Assembly: GCA_001949185.1 (NCBI GenBank) | Contig: BDGG01000006.1 | Coordinates: 2,400,827 to 2,464,826, forward strand | DNA from: Ramazzottius varieornatus | Lineage: Eukaryota > Animalia > Tardigrada | Direction of reading: 5' to 3' | DNA: 64,000 bases | Shown: piece by piece, positions 13,807 to 27,639 of the stretch | How positions within the stretch are numbered: position 1 is the stretch's first letter | How the letters are laid out: the number at the start of each line of letters is the position of its first letter | Translations under genes and position numbers: made by a program | The notes under the pieces: generated by a model | Databases searched by the model: none | The model's input: the letters and a program-made list of their open reading frames with translations, nothing else | Told to the model about the DNA's origin: nothing

Positions 13807-14776
13807 TTACTTAGTTGCACAGCAGTAAACTTCCCGAAACTCCTGACGATGGTCTTTGACGGCCAAAGCGAACAGCAGGGGATCCAACACAGCAATAAGC
13901 TGATACAGCACCAGTTGTATGGGATACATGTCAGGAATCTCCCAGTTCCAGTACAGTGCGGCCACATAGTACACCTGAGAAGGCCCATAACACACGATAA
14001 CAGCGAGGGTCATCAGAGTCAAGATAAAAAACGCGCTGCTGCTCCGTTCCCTCCTTCTCGCACGGCTGCGCTTGACACTGTCAGCCTGCGCTCTGGTACC
14101 ACTCCTTGGGGTTGCATGAGAGTTTGGTTTTGAATGCATAAAGAACGAAGCCATAGCTTGTAGCAGACAACGGGATACGCCATGACGACGACCAACAATG
14201 GAACCGCATAGTAAGGTGACTGAGTGATCAATGACCAAGTTCTTTGTTCAGAGGTATTCAACATGCATCCAACAGAATGCAAGGGCTTCCGATACCACAT
14301 CCATGATAATGCCAGGGAGAAGTCCAGCATGGATGTACAGCCACATAACTAGGCAGGTGGATAACGCAAAGCGGAAGGTGTGCTTGGTCCGGTAAGAGCG
14401 AGGGAATGTAATGGCCCATAGTCGGTTGATGGTAATCAACATATGAGCGTTGCACATGGCTGCTTCGACGACCCAACCTCCCAACCCCGAACCCACCCAA
14501 CATGTCCACCAAGTGCTGTACGGCCTGTTGATTAGCTCGAGCGGATATGTGATTAGCGTCCGCAAAATGCTTGCGAACAGAAGATTGAGAATACAAATGG
14601 TGAATGGTGTGAGAAGAAACATTTCGAAAGAAAAGATTCAGGACAACGCCATTGGTGATGAGGGTGCCCAGAAGGATAAACTACGAAAAGTAAGTAATCC
14701 ATGTCCACTGGGGCGCAACGCTGACATTGTGATCTGTCAGACTAGTGGTGTTAGTGGTGGCGTTGATTGATGACAT
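13807..14776 (-). pseudogene. Intronless class A GPCR pseudogene
   Basis: N-glycosylated N-terminus (MSSINATTNTT), TM2 ILNLLFA, TM3 ITINRLWAITFP..Y, TM5, TM6 AFFILTLMTLAVIVCYGP and TM7 LDPLLF are spread over three frames. There is an in-frame TAG near 14680 and about three frameshifts. Confidence 0.8.
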
Positions 14777-16124
14777 ATTAACGAAATCAGCCAACGTGAC
14801 GACGCGAAGTCCGCTGGTCAATCAAAGATAGTAAGCTCGAGGCAGTGGCTGATGGAGGAAGGTTTCCGCGCACTTTGGTACTGCGTTTAGATATCACCCA
14901 TTTTACTTACGGGAAAGGAGCACCATGCACGTATACCGAGCAGTGAGAAACCCAAGACAAAAGACTCTGCATATTCCAGAGAGACCGCTGAGAAAAAGTA
15001 GACCTCAAGAAAGACCTCGCCGATATGCCTCTGGTCTGCTTTCAGTCGTGGTGCGCGTCTGCTTTTTGGTGGTTTCTAGTTATGGGAAAGTCGAATTCGG
15101 TTTTCGTTCGTTCGAAGTCCAGATAGCTTTGTTTACGTGGATGACGTTTCTTATTCTCGTGGTGTTTGTTCTATCAGGTTCAGGCGCCTTGTACCATGGA
15201 AGTCTTGAAGCAGACAAAGCACCAACAAGCAATGCTGAATAAGGTCTGCTTCTGTGCACGCACGCACCTTGCTTTGTGGAAGTGCACATGGGCACTTTGA
15301 CACTGTGGTTCAAGCAGGCGTCTGTTCTCAGTAAGCAACATGCCACACTGAATGGCTCCTCTTCGTTTTTCGCATCCAGTTTGTGATACCCACGATTCTA
15401 TTGCTTCAATTGCTGCTGCGCAATACCGCTCAGACGGGAAATGCTGAATTGTGAGTAGAATATCCAGAAACGATTGAGTATATGGTACAACAGTCTATTG
15501 ACAGCTACCATAACCGGCGTGTTTTCTTACCTTTCATAGATACAACATTAGGCTGATTAACATTGGACAGACCCACCTCCCTCCCAGGCCAAATTCCTGT
15601 CATCCACAACGCTTGTCGTTTTCAAATCTATTTAGAACTCAAGAAGAGGGATCAGTCTACCTCAGGAAACAAGAAGCAGTTCATTACGCGCAGCAGAAGC
15701 TGAGAAAAAATATGCCCGAATTTACGAGTGAAAAACCACTATGCCCGAATTATGTCGTTTACCTCGTACGGAAACAAAGCGTGCCGAGTCTGTCGTGTAC
15801 TAGCAAACTTCGTTACAAAAATGGCCTTTTCGTAGCCGGATCGTGGTGTTTTCATACTTTGGTTCGCCTCTTCGGGGCTATGCTTGTTGTTTTGCTCGAA
15901 AATTATGTTATATTGAATTAAGGCGTCAGCCGTGTTCGAGCGGAACAGGCGGAACGTTTGGAAGCCGAAAACCGAAGAGAAGGCACGAAAAAACAACTGT
16001 TGAAAAATTTGGGAAGAACGCTAATGTGTTGATTAACAAGAAAGATAACAAATATACGGTCGTAACGGCAACCTAGATCCTAAGTATCACAAGTTCTCAA
16101 GCGCAAACAATGAGAGAAGGCCAC

Positions 16125-16390
16125 AAAACGAATAGCGAAACCAATGACAAAACATTTGTTTTTTCGGGCATCACACCATTAAACTGTCACATATCTTCGA
16201 GCGCGGATATTGCAAAACAAATAGCGAAACAAATAGCAAAACATTTTGTCTACTCAGGCATCACCCTATTGAATCGTCAGATATCTTCAGGCGCGAATAG
16301 TGCAAGACAAATAGCAAAACAAAAGCAAAACAACAGCAAAACAAATAACAGAGCATTTTGTTTTTTTCACCATTAAACCGTCACATACAT
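16125..16390. repeat. Degenerate tandem repeat, ~3 units of ~90 bp
   Basis: The unit (aaacaaatagc)n-aaaacattttg...ggcatcacaccattaaactgtcacatatcttc..gcgcg recurs. Confidence 0.7.
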
Positions 16391-19348
16391 ATCTATATAA
16401 GGAATACATATATTATATAAAACACAATATATTTCATAGAAAACATATAGAAAATACGAGAAATATAGATAAACTGATTTGCCCGGGTAAGTGACTTAAC
16501 ATCCGTCTCTCTCGCGGTCAGAAGTACACATTTCTTTAATTTCGACACGCAACGATATCCGTACCTCCTGATCACTCCTAGCATTACTCCAGAACGTTCG
16601 TGGAGGTAATGACACAGACCACGAGGAAAAAACTACCGAACAGGCGAAATCAACTGTTTTGCCGGCCGGCAGTTTAGTTGGCTTTCCTGCAGATTGACTG
16701 ATTTGCCTGAATAAATTAGTTGACATCCCGACAAGGCAGTTAATTATCAGCATTTCATAACGTTCTCCAAGTGGTCCGACTGAAAGAGTTGGAAAAGGCT
16801 CCGAATAGTCTTTGTAGCGAATAGTTCAGAAAAAATGTTGCTTCCGCCGTAGCATCACCACTGTAAATAAAAATCAATTTATTTTCGATCGGGAAACCTC
16901 CACAAGTGATATCATATCTGCGTAGATTCAAACTGTTTTTCAAACCGATTTTCAGTGTGATGTTCCGAAAACTGCCGGCTGCGCTGAGAAATAGGAGTGC
17001 ATTGCCTCTTTTGAAGAGTCAACCAAATTCCCAACTGTTTTACCCATGCAATTTGGTTGATTCAGTCGTGAACTCATCGACCGGAATTGCCGACCACAGC
17101 TGATCCTTGCTCAGAGCGTCCATGTGGCAATCCAAAGTTGTTGGTTTGTGCAAACTCGTAGTAATATCTGGTCCACCTATCAATTGGGTCAACGGTTACA
17201 GACAGCCGTCGCGTACCGTTTCTGGCGACCAGACGATGATCGATTCCTATTTGGAATTGATTTTCTATCTCAGCGCTTCTTCGGAATAAATCTACACATG
17301 TTCTGAAACTGGAATTTCATTTCTCCATAAATAGTTTACGACCAGAGTTTAGCTTCATCGCATGATACGTGTGTTAATGTGTATGGAGAAGTGAAGCATC
17401 ATACAGGGAGACACAACGCTGCGAAACGGAAATGGCCGAGCAAAGTTGAGGACGGCACATTTCTATGGTACACGTCTGGGAACCCTGATATGTGTCGTCA
17501 CACAGGTTCGTCACACGGCGCGTTGGGCACCGCTTCCTCCGAGCGTTGGACATACGCAAAGATATTATCAACGGCTATGCAGCAACTTGTGCCTTCCCAG
17601 GCCTAGTCGCCACGCATCCCGAGGGGTGTAGATTGCCTTGCAGCGCATTAGGATCGCGCAACCACCAATCCGCATGTCTAATACGATACCTGCACAGAAA
17701 AATTGTCACGAGAGATGACAGTTACAGATTGTAACAAACAGAACTCATTCAACGCTTGCGAACTTACTGCATCCCCATGTACGTGAAGAGAGATACAACG
17801 AGCAGGACTGCTGCTATCGACGACGCAATAGCGACGTTAGGTACTGTAGAGTCCGCTACAACATGCAAAATTTATTTACCCATAACCGCCCTCGAAAGGC
17901 CCGGAATAAAACACAAAAGGCGCCCTTGCCCCGCCGTCGCGTATTATCGGATAAATCGATGTTTCTGATCATAATTTACAATTGAACCCCACCCCGCAAA
18001 CCCATAGGGAACGAGCTGTAGCTATCACCTGACCAAAAACAAACCAAACCTAAACATACCCAAATTGCAGCCCTAGGGCTAACTTTTCAAGGCGAACAAT
18101 ACTGCTTATGACATCAACGAAAAACCACGCTGTCACGGGATAAGACCAAAACTATCTGGACAATCAGACCATCAATCCAACAAATTCAACAACTTCAAAT
18201 CCTGTCTTTGGCTTGTTGTTGCTGCGACTGGACATCGCGAATTGAATCGTTACTACAAGCAGAAGCTGTGTCTTGTGAAAGACGTAGCGCTGGTCAGTCG
18301 AGGGTCCCGTTGTTGCAAAGCTCCCCACAAACAAGCAAAAGAACCGTCATCATAGCTGGTCAGGATGACGGAGAACCTTAAAGGGAAGAAGGTCGTGAAA
18401 GAAAAGCGAAAGGTCTCCTCCCGCAGTCTTCTGCACACGGTGTACAGTACACTCGCTCGAGAGGTGTACACCGCTGTTCGATCTCAGAGTTTCAAAACCC
18501 CGTGAACACAAGAGCGTTCACCATAGACATTTTTGATTGCTCGTTCACTCACGTAGCGGAAGCACATGATGGAAGACAAACAGTTGCTTTGCATTCGAAA
18601 TGATTGTTGTGAGCTGTTGACTTCACTTTCTTCGGTTTTTGTTAAGCTGTACGGTAAATGTTTGACAGGTGCCAGATGGAAACCGAAGAGCGATGTAAAC
18701 ATCGCGAGAGGGTGGACTGTAATTACATTTCAAGTATCTTCCTTCAGCCTCCAAAACTTGTGCTACTTTATACGCCACTGAACAAAATACTTCGAAGCTT
18801 CTGTCATCTACTCACAGTTGTTGTTTTTCTTAAGACGATGCGAGAATTGATTCAATGCACTCGCGGCCGAAATCAATAGCAGTGAAGTGTGGCACAAAAT
18901 CAATCAGACAAATGGCGGTTTTATCGATATACGCTGTATCGTTTCCCATCCTACATTGGTTTGCTAGACGCTTTGCCTGGTTGCCTGGCCGCCGTAGTGC
19001 GTTACCGCCGTTGCGGCAGGGGAAGGTTGGGGCGCGGTCGCGGTCGATTTTTTTGCGTCTGTACATGATGTGTCGATGAGTTTTCGGGCTCTCCGACGCA
19101 CAGAGGAACGTTGTATCGAACTTTGGGTTTCAGTTCGAGACAACGCGTCGATCTTGCTGCTCATTTCTGTTCTGTTGTGAGGTCAACTGTTTTAAGTATT
19201 CGCATGGGTTTGTGCTCATGGGGGAGGTTATGGGTCAGCTACCCCAGCCTGCTGGGGTTGCTCTTTAGTTTCCACTCCTCGAGCAAGGAAACGGCTGATG
19301 TAAGGAGGTAATTATCGGCGGCTCAAATCTACGCTCAACAGTACTAAC

Positions 19349-22300
19349 CTTGGTGGTCGCACTTCTGCGCTTGATACCCACATAGCGGTTCGTTCGTGGG
19401 CAAGGCATTCTGGTTAAACCAGGGTCTCCGTAACTGAATGCTGAAGTTTCCAGGAGCATCGAAAACTGTGGCGGGCTAAGATGTCAAAAAAAAGATCGAA
19501 TGAAAGATAAGGCCAGACATATGATAGAGTTTCAAAACACCACTACGGACCTCGAAATCATCCGTCTCCGGATTGAAGAACAATAGGGATGGATCTATCA
19601 CCCTTTCCCCAAATTCGTTAAATTCCACCCAACCGCTTTTTAGTTGGAACCGACAGTTAGCGATTCGTTGTTTAAGTGCAGAACCGTCTCGCAGCACTTC
19701 CATATCACCCGCCACCAATGTCGTTTTAAGCACCTATAACGTTAAAAAAATGCTGTTCGTCCGCTTTTTTGAACTGATTCAGGCCAGGTCGTGTTGTGGG
19801 CTGGTGTTTCCATCTAAATGCAACCCGGATGTTTCGCGTAGGCACGGCCATCGGTCTCAAAGCCAAAAACGGAGGCCTCAGGCGCACAGTTGTTGTTTTT
19901 CTTGCGCTTTTTAGGTACAGCATACACCCTGATACTTACACTACCCAAAACCATGATCGCTTCGTAAGTAGGCATAAGTCGCAGAGGGGGCTGCAACAAG
20001 AGAACAACGTTAGGGGTAGTGTACCAGGTCAAATGCTCATGGAAGTCTAACATCCCCGTAAAGCTTAGCGTAATTGTTAATCTTGCTGTTGATAGCTTCG
20101 CTCGACACGGAAAAACTTGCCCGGTCAGTATGCGGCAATGATTAACTGATTCAGAGTTGCTTATCGGTTTTATCGGTAGTATCAAATGGATGCCTATTCT
20201 CTGCCGAGATCCGATTTGTTCTGGTTGCTCGGTCAACGAAGAAGACTTCAGCTTATTAAACAAGCGATCGATTCACAGCATCGGTTGTTTCATCAGCTTC
20301 TTAGATGGACAGAACCTTGATCGCGGGACATAATCTGGATAAGGGTACAGATTTATCGGGGCACCTAGAACTTACTGTTGTCCATGTTACGTTGTACCGC
20401 TCTCGGGAAGCTCTCCTTAGTCGGTCAACAGGCATGTCTTGCTCGGTCATGTCCTTGGCAGACGGTGGAATATCCTCCAGAACGAGAGCGGCGCGGAATG
20501 CGATCCGAGCTGTCTGCAAACATATGACAGCAGACCATATCGCTGTTCATGACTGAACTTACTGAACGGCAATGTCCACTGACCTCATCGTACTTGTCGC
20601 CGTATGCCCATGAAGTGTTGCTGTTTTCATCGGGATACTTGTGGAGCAGGAAAACCTGCGGTGTAAACCTTCTTCAGTCTTGTTCGTCTCACTCTTCCAA
20701 ACCCTCTAATAGGCGATTCTAACACATAACAAGTACTTCACTGAAAACAAATTGGTATATTCTGGCGTGTCAAGGCTATCGTACATATTGATGTTCATGC
20801 ACTTAAGCGTTATTCTTGACGTTTTAATAACTAAACTGCTCGGCCCAACCCATACTTGATGAGAAAGATAGCGTAAAACCATTGCCTTCATCAGCAAGTC
20901 TTCTGTGAATACCACAAATCATATGGACTGTAGGTGCTGTAGGTTATATCTACCGTACAGTGTCTGTTACACAATGCGTTCCAACATTCCCTGACCGACC
21001 CAAGAGTTGATCGACACTTGTGGCCACAATCCAAAAACAGTCCAGCAAACAAATCAATACTTGGATCGGCATGGAGAAAGTGGCACATAGTACGCATTGT
21101 GGACTTTCTGTAGCGATAGAGCGCAGTCAAGGTGTGCTGAGGTGTTAGACTCGAGTAGGCGAAAATGATCTAGTACATAATGCACTGTGTACAAAGCAAG
21201 AAAAGTAAACCGTCGAAAATGGGAGGACTCGCCAGCTGAAGCCTGGCTTCGAATCCACCAATGATAATTATTGTTTGCCAATGTTTCCTGAACGACAAAT
21301 TTCGCTGGCTCTTTCCATCTGGCTTTATGTACCTTCCATTCTCGACGGTTAACGGTTTTGCGCAGTGTGGGATAACGTCTGGTTCTCAAACATTAATATA
21401 TTCTGATCGCAGCATACATACGTAATCTCCATGGGTGAGGTTGCAGGACGCAGCTATAATCTAAAAACTCACAAGCTGAAAGCATATTACTGTATCATAT
21501 GGAGAGAGGGAAAAGTTTGTTACCATCACTTGCCGAAATTGAGCAGCCAGAGTGAGAACCACGACGACTAAACGCAAAGCGAGATATCAAAGGTCGTCAC
21601 CAGGCATCTGCTCAACGAAAGGTGGCCAGAGTTCGGTACCTCGACTAGAGACCCTCACTTGCTGACACCAGGAGATACGAGAGTGAGGACTGTCAAGGTC
21701 AATGGTCGCCTGCGAGTACTGGAACTTGTCCAACGTTTTGCTCATCAGCCTAACCACCTCATCCCGAACGTCCAAGCAGAAGGCTGCAGTGTGTTCTGTC
21801 GTGATGATGAAAATTGTGCTCCACTTGAAAAAGTGCAGCACGTCCACCGTTCGGCGGACCAGAGAATCTCTGTTGAACGGTTCTACGCTTATCCAGGTTG
21901 GCGTGATGTCTTTCTCATGAATCACTGGGTCATTGTATCCACTAAAACAACATAAGTGATGTGGTGAGCCGTACACGTAGAGCTGAAGATTGCAAGCGGA
22001 AGCCGTTAACTGGTTGGGGTCTCGATATTTTGCCGTCATGTACGTACGTACCTGGTAAAGTAGAGAATATTCCAGTTTGCAGCTAATTCGTTCACTTTCC
22101 TCCTTTCTTCGCAACCTGTTCCCCAAAAAGACTAAACGAGGCTTGTTAATCCAGTGTAGGAGAAGAACTAAGGAAGACGATCGACACCAACCTCCGGCTA
22201 CTAGGATCGTGGCACTGGGTACAGCCTGACGCTTATAGTAATACTCTGATAATCTAGCGGACATATCGGCGTCCACATCCTTACACGACGTCCAACTATT

Positions 22301-22501
22301 GTTCATAATGAAGGTTTGTTTGAAGTCGACGGCTGGCTGTAAGTCCTTGTGTAATTCTTGGAGAGCAAACTCGGTCGCCGGGCCGACAACTGAAACGTCA
22401 TGCAGGCCTTCGTGCTGGGGCATTCCCCAAGTAATGAACTCTACGTCGATGTTTCCACCCTGAGCTAGTGCCATACCCAGCAGCAACGCCACGTGCCACA
22501 T
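19349..22501 (-). CDS. Natriuretic-peptide-receptor / receptor guanylyl cyclase-type extracellular domain gene, multi-exon; 3' part (TM/cytoplasmic) not identified
   Basis: Signal peptide MWHVALLLGMALA. Exons encode VGPATEFA, CEERRKVNELAANWNI, VLHFFKWSTIFII, VFLLHKY..SWAYGDKYDE (~20582-20660), ARIAFRAALVL..RYNVTW, YEAIMVLG, DGSALKQRIANCRF..GWVEFNEFGERVID, and the juxtamembrane PWFNQNALPTNEPLCGYQAQKC typical of ANF-receptor ectodomains. Splice phases are consistent where checked. Confidence 0.75.
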
Positions 22502-25108
22502 GACACCGTATAGTCCTTTTAGGCAAGAAACTTCCCGGTCAGATTCTTAGAACTCGAACCGTACCAGACTGGAAAACCCAGCAACAGGTATGGGCTATAC
22601 AGATCCCCCTTACGCATTGTACGCGATAGACACTTAAGGAGAAATTGAGAAATATCAAGTCATACCTCAGGAAAACATAGTGGTCCCACTATATGCGGCA
22701 GAGGGGTTGGTAGTGGCACAAAAAATTAACCGCTGTGTTACGGAGAAATAAGTCTAGTGTAGGATGGAGGTACAGTGTACGCCAATATGGTCATCCCAAC
22801 TGGGCGGAGTTTTTGGGCGTGGTTTCCCTGTATGACGTAATTGAACAGGTGATTGCAATCAAGAAATCCGCAGGCTATAGCAGGGTCAGCGTTCGATTGG
22901 TTAACCTTACCCAGACCAACGCCCAGATTGAGGTGACCATATTGGCGTTTACTGTATCAGTCTACATGAACCGATCGCATTCACATTAGCGCACCCAAGC
23001 TGGATGAGTGTCGGTGAGGCTCCACTTCAGAACTCATAGAAAAAGAACAAGAGCCACCCCGCACACGCGGAAATGAAAAAAGAACGTGGCGGGATTAGCC
23101 TTTTTTTCGTGTCAGCATATGCTACTAGACAACTGGAAAATCGCGTCCGAAGAACTGTAACCAGAACCGCGTCGATATTCAGAGCTTTCGGTTCTGTGAT
23201 GATAACGTTGACCTTGAGATTCTCATTTTTGCAATGCCAATCTATTCTTATACGCCTTTGGAATTCGGAATAGGTTTGGTTTGAGATATTCGAGGAACAA
23301 TCGCTGCCCTAGCGGATTGAGAATAGTTTAGGTTGCTGGAGTGGTGTAACCAATTCCAACGATCTATAATCGCTAATAACATAGCAGGACCAAAAGATCA
23401 GGCTGGGGACGAATTATACTACTGTATTCCCTCGACGGTTCTGCGCAGTCACATGACGGGCCCATAAAATAGTCCCCAGGGGATAGTGATTGAGCCACGA
23501 ACACCCCGGGCCAGATATATAGGCCTGTCATGCAGCTGTTCGGATCCATCGAGAGAATAGTACGAGATACTCAAGTGCAAGATGAATGTTCGCCCTACTC
23601 CGCGCGAACAGTCGTGTGTGGCAAATTCAAATGATTTACCGTGGATGACACGGTGTCGCTCAAGTGAAAATTGGCACCTCTGAGGCTGTGAGTGACGTAG
23701 TCATGTGCCTAGTGCTGCAACGAATCGCTTTCGCAGCTTTAATAATTCAAGTCTCCAAGGTGAGGCAGACAGGCCATGTCAATTTCACTCAAGTGGCGCT
23801 GCACTTTTGCGTCAACTGTCAATCCAAACCTTTTCAACAAATCGCTGCTTCAATTCTACATGTGACCATCCAGTTTCCGAAATTGGAGAAGATAGACTTT
23901 AGTTGGCCGGGATTTTTCCGCCTTGGTCACGGCATCATTATTATTTTTTGATGGGCGATCTGGTGTAGACGACGCTAACCGTTCATTTGGTCCTGACTTC
24001 GGACGACTGGATGCTCGATTCGTTGTTTGTCGATCGTGGGTGATCTACTGGTTTTTAAGTTGCCCAGTTTGAGACTGCGAAGACAGTATCCAGTCACTGT
24101 CAAGCTCGCGGCGGGTTGCTTTCTTTGTCGTGTCCCTGTGCAGATGGTGAACGATACGTTCACCCAAAGGAACTCGATCGAACCTTCTGAGCAGAAGATT
24201 TCCAAAAAGTTCTACGGTCCGACTATAGTCAGAGTGAAGCTCTCCAGTAATATATCGTAGCACAACAGAACACCTCAGTCGTATTTTCAACGACACTACT
24301 AACTCTGAAGGGCCAAAAGTACGAAACGTTTGGTGGCAAGAAACCGAACGAAAAAACGGTGTTCCTGGTGTGCCAAAGTCTGAAGACCGAAAAACTAGGT
24401 GGAGAAAAAAGTCGCCTCAATTTGCTTAGCAATCTGCTCAGAGCGAAAATCTAACCGCTCGAGAGTCTGCGTCAAGTGGGCCAGCGGAAGTAAGTCAGTA
24501 AGGCGTGGCCAAATTGTGCCGTATGGAGCGGGCCTCGAGAGGAAAACCGTCTGTTTCGACCAACCAAAATAGTTGTTAAACTGCAAGTGGGCCTGCTGAG
24601 TGGTTAGAGCAGGGCTTACTGTTTCCTTTCAATGCCCGCTCCATATAAGGTCATTTGGCCACGCCTTGTGCCGCTGGCCCAAATTTTTTAGTCTGGGCAT
24701 CAAGTTTCCAATCAACCCAGTCAACGCGGGGAACAAAACGAGCACCCCACGGAACAGTGGTTTTTGTCGCTTGTCTGTTGACGCAGCGACCAAAACCAGT
24801 CACCTTGAAAGGTGTGCGGCAAAAGACAGGCACGGTTTCGGTTCATTCTGGCGACGCTTCCGTCGGAGGCGACGTGTGTGGGTAGTCGAGCATGAAGAAA
24901 AAGATAAAACCATTCATGGCGCCACTGAGACGTATTCTCATGCTGTCACGCCATTGCAAACGTGGTAATGCAAATGTCAACAGGAGACAAATCGATCGAT
25001 TCGGTGATTTCAAGGGTTGAGTTCAGGCAATCAATAGGGGGAAGGTGGTGGAACCATTCGTGACGTCTTTCGATGTAGTTCTCGAACTGCCTACGTACGG
25101 CACAGCGG

Positions 25109-27089
25109 CTAAACCGATGAACCGTTATGTGAAGTTGAGAAGGATTTCTGTTGATTATTAGCGCAACGTGTAGAGGTGGGGCAGAGCTCATTCAATCTGG
25201 CCGGGAAAACGCGGGCCGTTGCTTTTCTGTATCTTTCAACGGTAGCTACCCTTCCTAGCGAACTTCTTCGGTTTCGAAAGGGAAGCCGCAACAAGCGAGC
25301 ACAGTTCTCGCGAAAATGTTCCAGGGACCAGGCGTAGATTAGGCAGTTGACCGAGCTATTGCCATGTGCTAAGAGGGCTGCCAGGATATACCACACAAAG
25401 CCAATGTGCGTCGCCTGACCTATGAGGAGCAGCATGCCAAGCGGCATGGACATAACGGCGAGCACAATGAAGACCCGGAACAGCACACGAACCATCCGTA
25501 TCGTGCGGTGAAATTCTTTAAGCTTCATCTTTCGTCTTTCGTTCCGTCTGCTTCCGCTTACTGGCTGGCTGTTCGTGGAAGCACTACTAGTGCTTCGGTT
25601 CAGGATGCGGTTCCTGACCAGGTTGGAATTATGGACGCGACGAAAGATGGCGAAGTATGCGATACAGCTGACGCCGACCGGCATCATAATCCCGACGCCG
25701 ATGTAGAAAAAAGCGTACGAGTGAATATGGTGGGCGAAGGTACAGACAAAGATGGCTTCCGAGAAATGGATTTCGCCCCAGCCGACGTGGTTGGGCAACG
25801 TGACGATGTAAATGAGAACCCAGACTGTCAGGCAGATGAGAAGGGAGTTGCGCTTAGTGTAAATTTTTTTGTATGAGTTGTACCGGCAGATGAAAACATA
25901 TCTGGAAAAACATGAGCTATATTGCTTGATAATCTGGCAAGCGGTCTGGTCGGCCAGTCTATCATAACAGACGGGAACAACACGGTTCCCCTAGATTTTT
26001 AAATCAAAAGAGAGCCAGAAAGTACATCGGAGATGACCCCGGATGTAAGGATGATTGTTATACGCTGATGAATTAGGCGGTATAAAAGCGGCATCGTTGA
26101 GTGAACTTGTCTGTTGTTTCTCGTGTTGCGTCAAGGAAAGGTCTGATTGAATTGCTAGAACGTTAGTCTTGCGTCAAGAAAACCTAGGGATGCGATCAGC
26201 GAACTAGTTTGACTACTCGTACACCTTGCTTCCTCTCACCTTGAGCAGCGGATAACAAGCCTTGGTCTACAGGCTTCAGGTCAAAACTTTCACCCACTCT
26301 CGTGAGCAGCTCGTCTCGAGCAAATTATGGGATGGAAAACAGCTGTATTCACCGACCACCGTCAAAAGAACTTTTACTGCTCTCGACCCTTCGAGCCGTA
26401 TACGTAATAGAATTACTGAAATGTGTTGTCGTGTGCGAGAATTCGTCACCTCCGCTACGATGGCCGACTAACCTGTTAATGGTAATCATGCAGATGGTCC
26501 AAGTTGAAGCAATACAACCCATTGCGCACAGCGATCCAACAACTGCAAGGCGTATAAACCCGTTGCAGTGTACAGACCAAATATTAGTGTTGATGTAAAA
26601 TTCTGTAAATGTCTTACGGCGGCATAGCAGAGGCCGTTCTTGAAACCACCTTTCTCCGAGTAGCGCACCTACTCATGGTGAACGATCGTCATCAGACGGA
26701 GTTGCTGCGTCAAATGAATCATTCATATCTGGATTTTTACCTAAAGCGCTGAAAGGCTGGGTAATGACGGTAACGAATAGATCGGACACGGATAAGTTGA
26801 TGATGAGGGCGTTGCTTGTGGTCCGAAGTACGGGTGAGGCACAGATCGTCACAATGACCTTGAAAACTTGTCGATGTATCGTCAAATTCGTGCGGCTGTA
26901 TGGCACATATATCAGACAAACCGTGCTTACCAGTACATTTCCCAAGGTTCCAAGGAAACTTTCAATTGTCAAAATGAACACGTAAAAGTACTGAAGGGAA
27001 CGTTCCAGAGGTTGCCTGAGGAAGTTTGAAGATGTTTCATTCAGAGAAAATATGATGGACGTATCGTTGCAAAGCCCGTGGCAATCCAT
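25109..27089 (-). CDS. Class A GPCR, melatonin-receptor/Tre1/moody-like; ~5 exons
   Basis: TM1 GTLGN, TM2 NLSVSDL, TM3 ITINRY (NRY variant across an intron), TM4 LPNHVGWG, TM6, TM7 AHGNSSVNCLIY, helix 8 FRE. Reading frame is intact after GT-AG splicing. Confidence 0.85.
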
Positions 27090-27639
27090 CGGTCTGATTT
27101 AGGCAGTCTTTCCAAACTTTACGTGCTTTGGAAAACGAATAGTAAGGAGATTCTTTCCGTGCAAACTCCAAACTTGAATTCTGAGACATGAGGTCACGCC
27201 GACTGGACTTACTGTATATGAGAATTTTTGACAAGTTTCAGGCACGAGTACAGTCGACCACAGCTGAACCGGAACACGACATACGTTTGGTTGGTCTCAG
27301 GAGGAAGGATCAGGTCTGCACTCACGTCAGCATGGTTGCCCGCATTCTGTACAAGTACAATGCTCTCGTACTTGTTGAATCGCGCTCCATTGTGAAGCAG
27401 CTTTTATGGGCATGTCGACCAACAACCGATGCGCTTACCGTTGGATGAACAAATTTACTATAGCGATTCGCTGCATCCGACACCCACGTCACAATACACG
27501 TAAATCATCCTCCTGGGTGGGAGGGGCAGATCGCTCAACCACCGGCCGAAATAATAACATCATGTGAGTAATCAGAGCTTTGGATCAGCTACTCTGGATT
27601 AGTATGACTTCCATTGGGTATCTGGAGTAAGGGCTGTAG

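Noticed and set aside
20891-21130. Cys/His-rich ORF resembling a RING finger
   Set aside because: The spacing does not fit RING, and it lies in an intron of the ANP-receptor-like gene.
21587-22501. 304-aa single-exon protein as listed in the ORF track
   Set aside because: The ORF reads through introns by chance. The true exon 2 (CEERRKVNELAANWNI) is in another frame.
23975-24300. Possible LINE endonuclease fragment (IEFLWVNV)
   Set aside because: A single short motif with no supporting GDFN or RT motifs.
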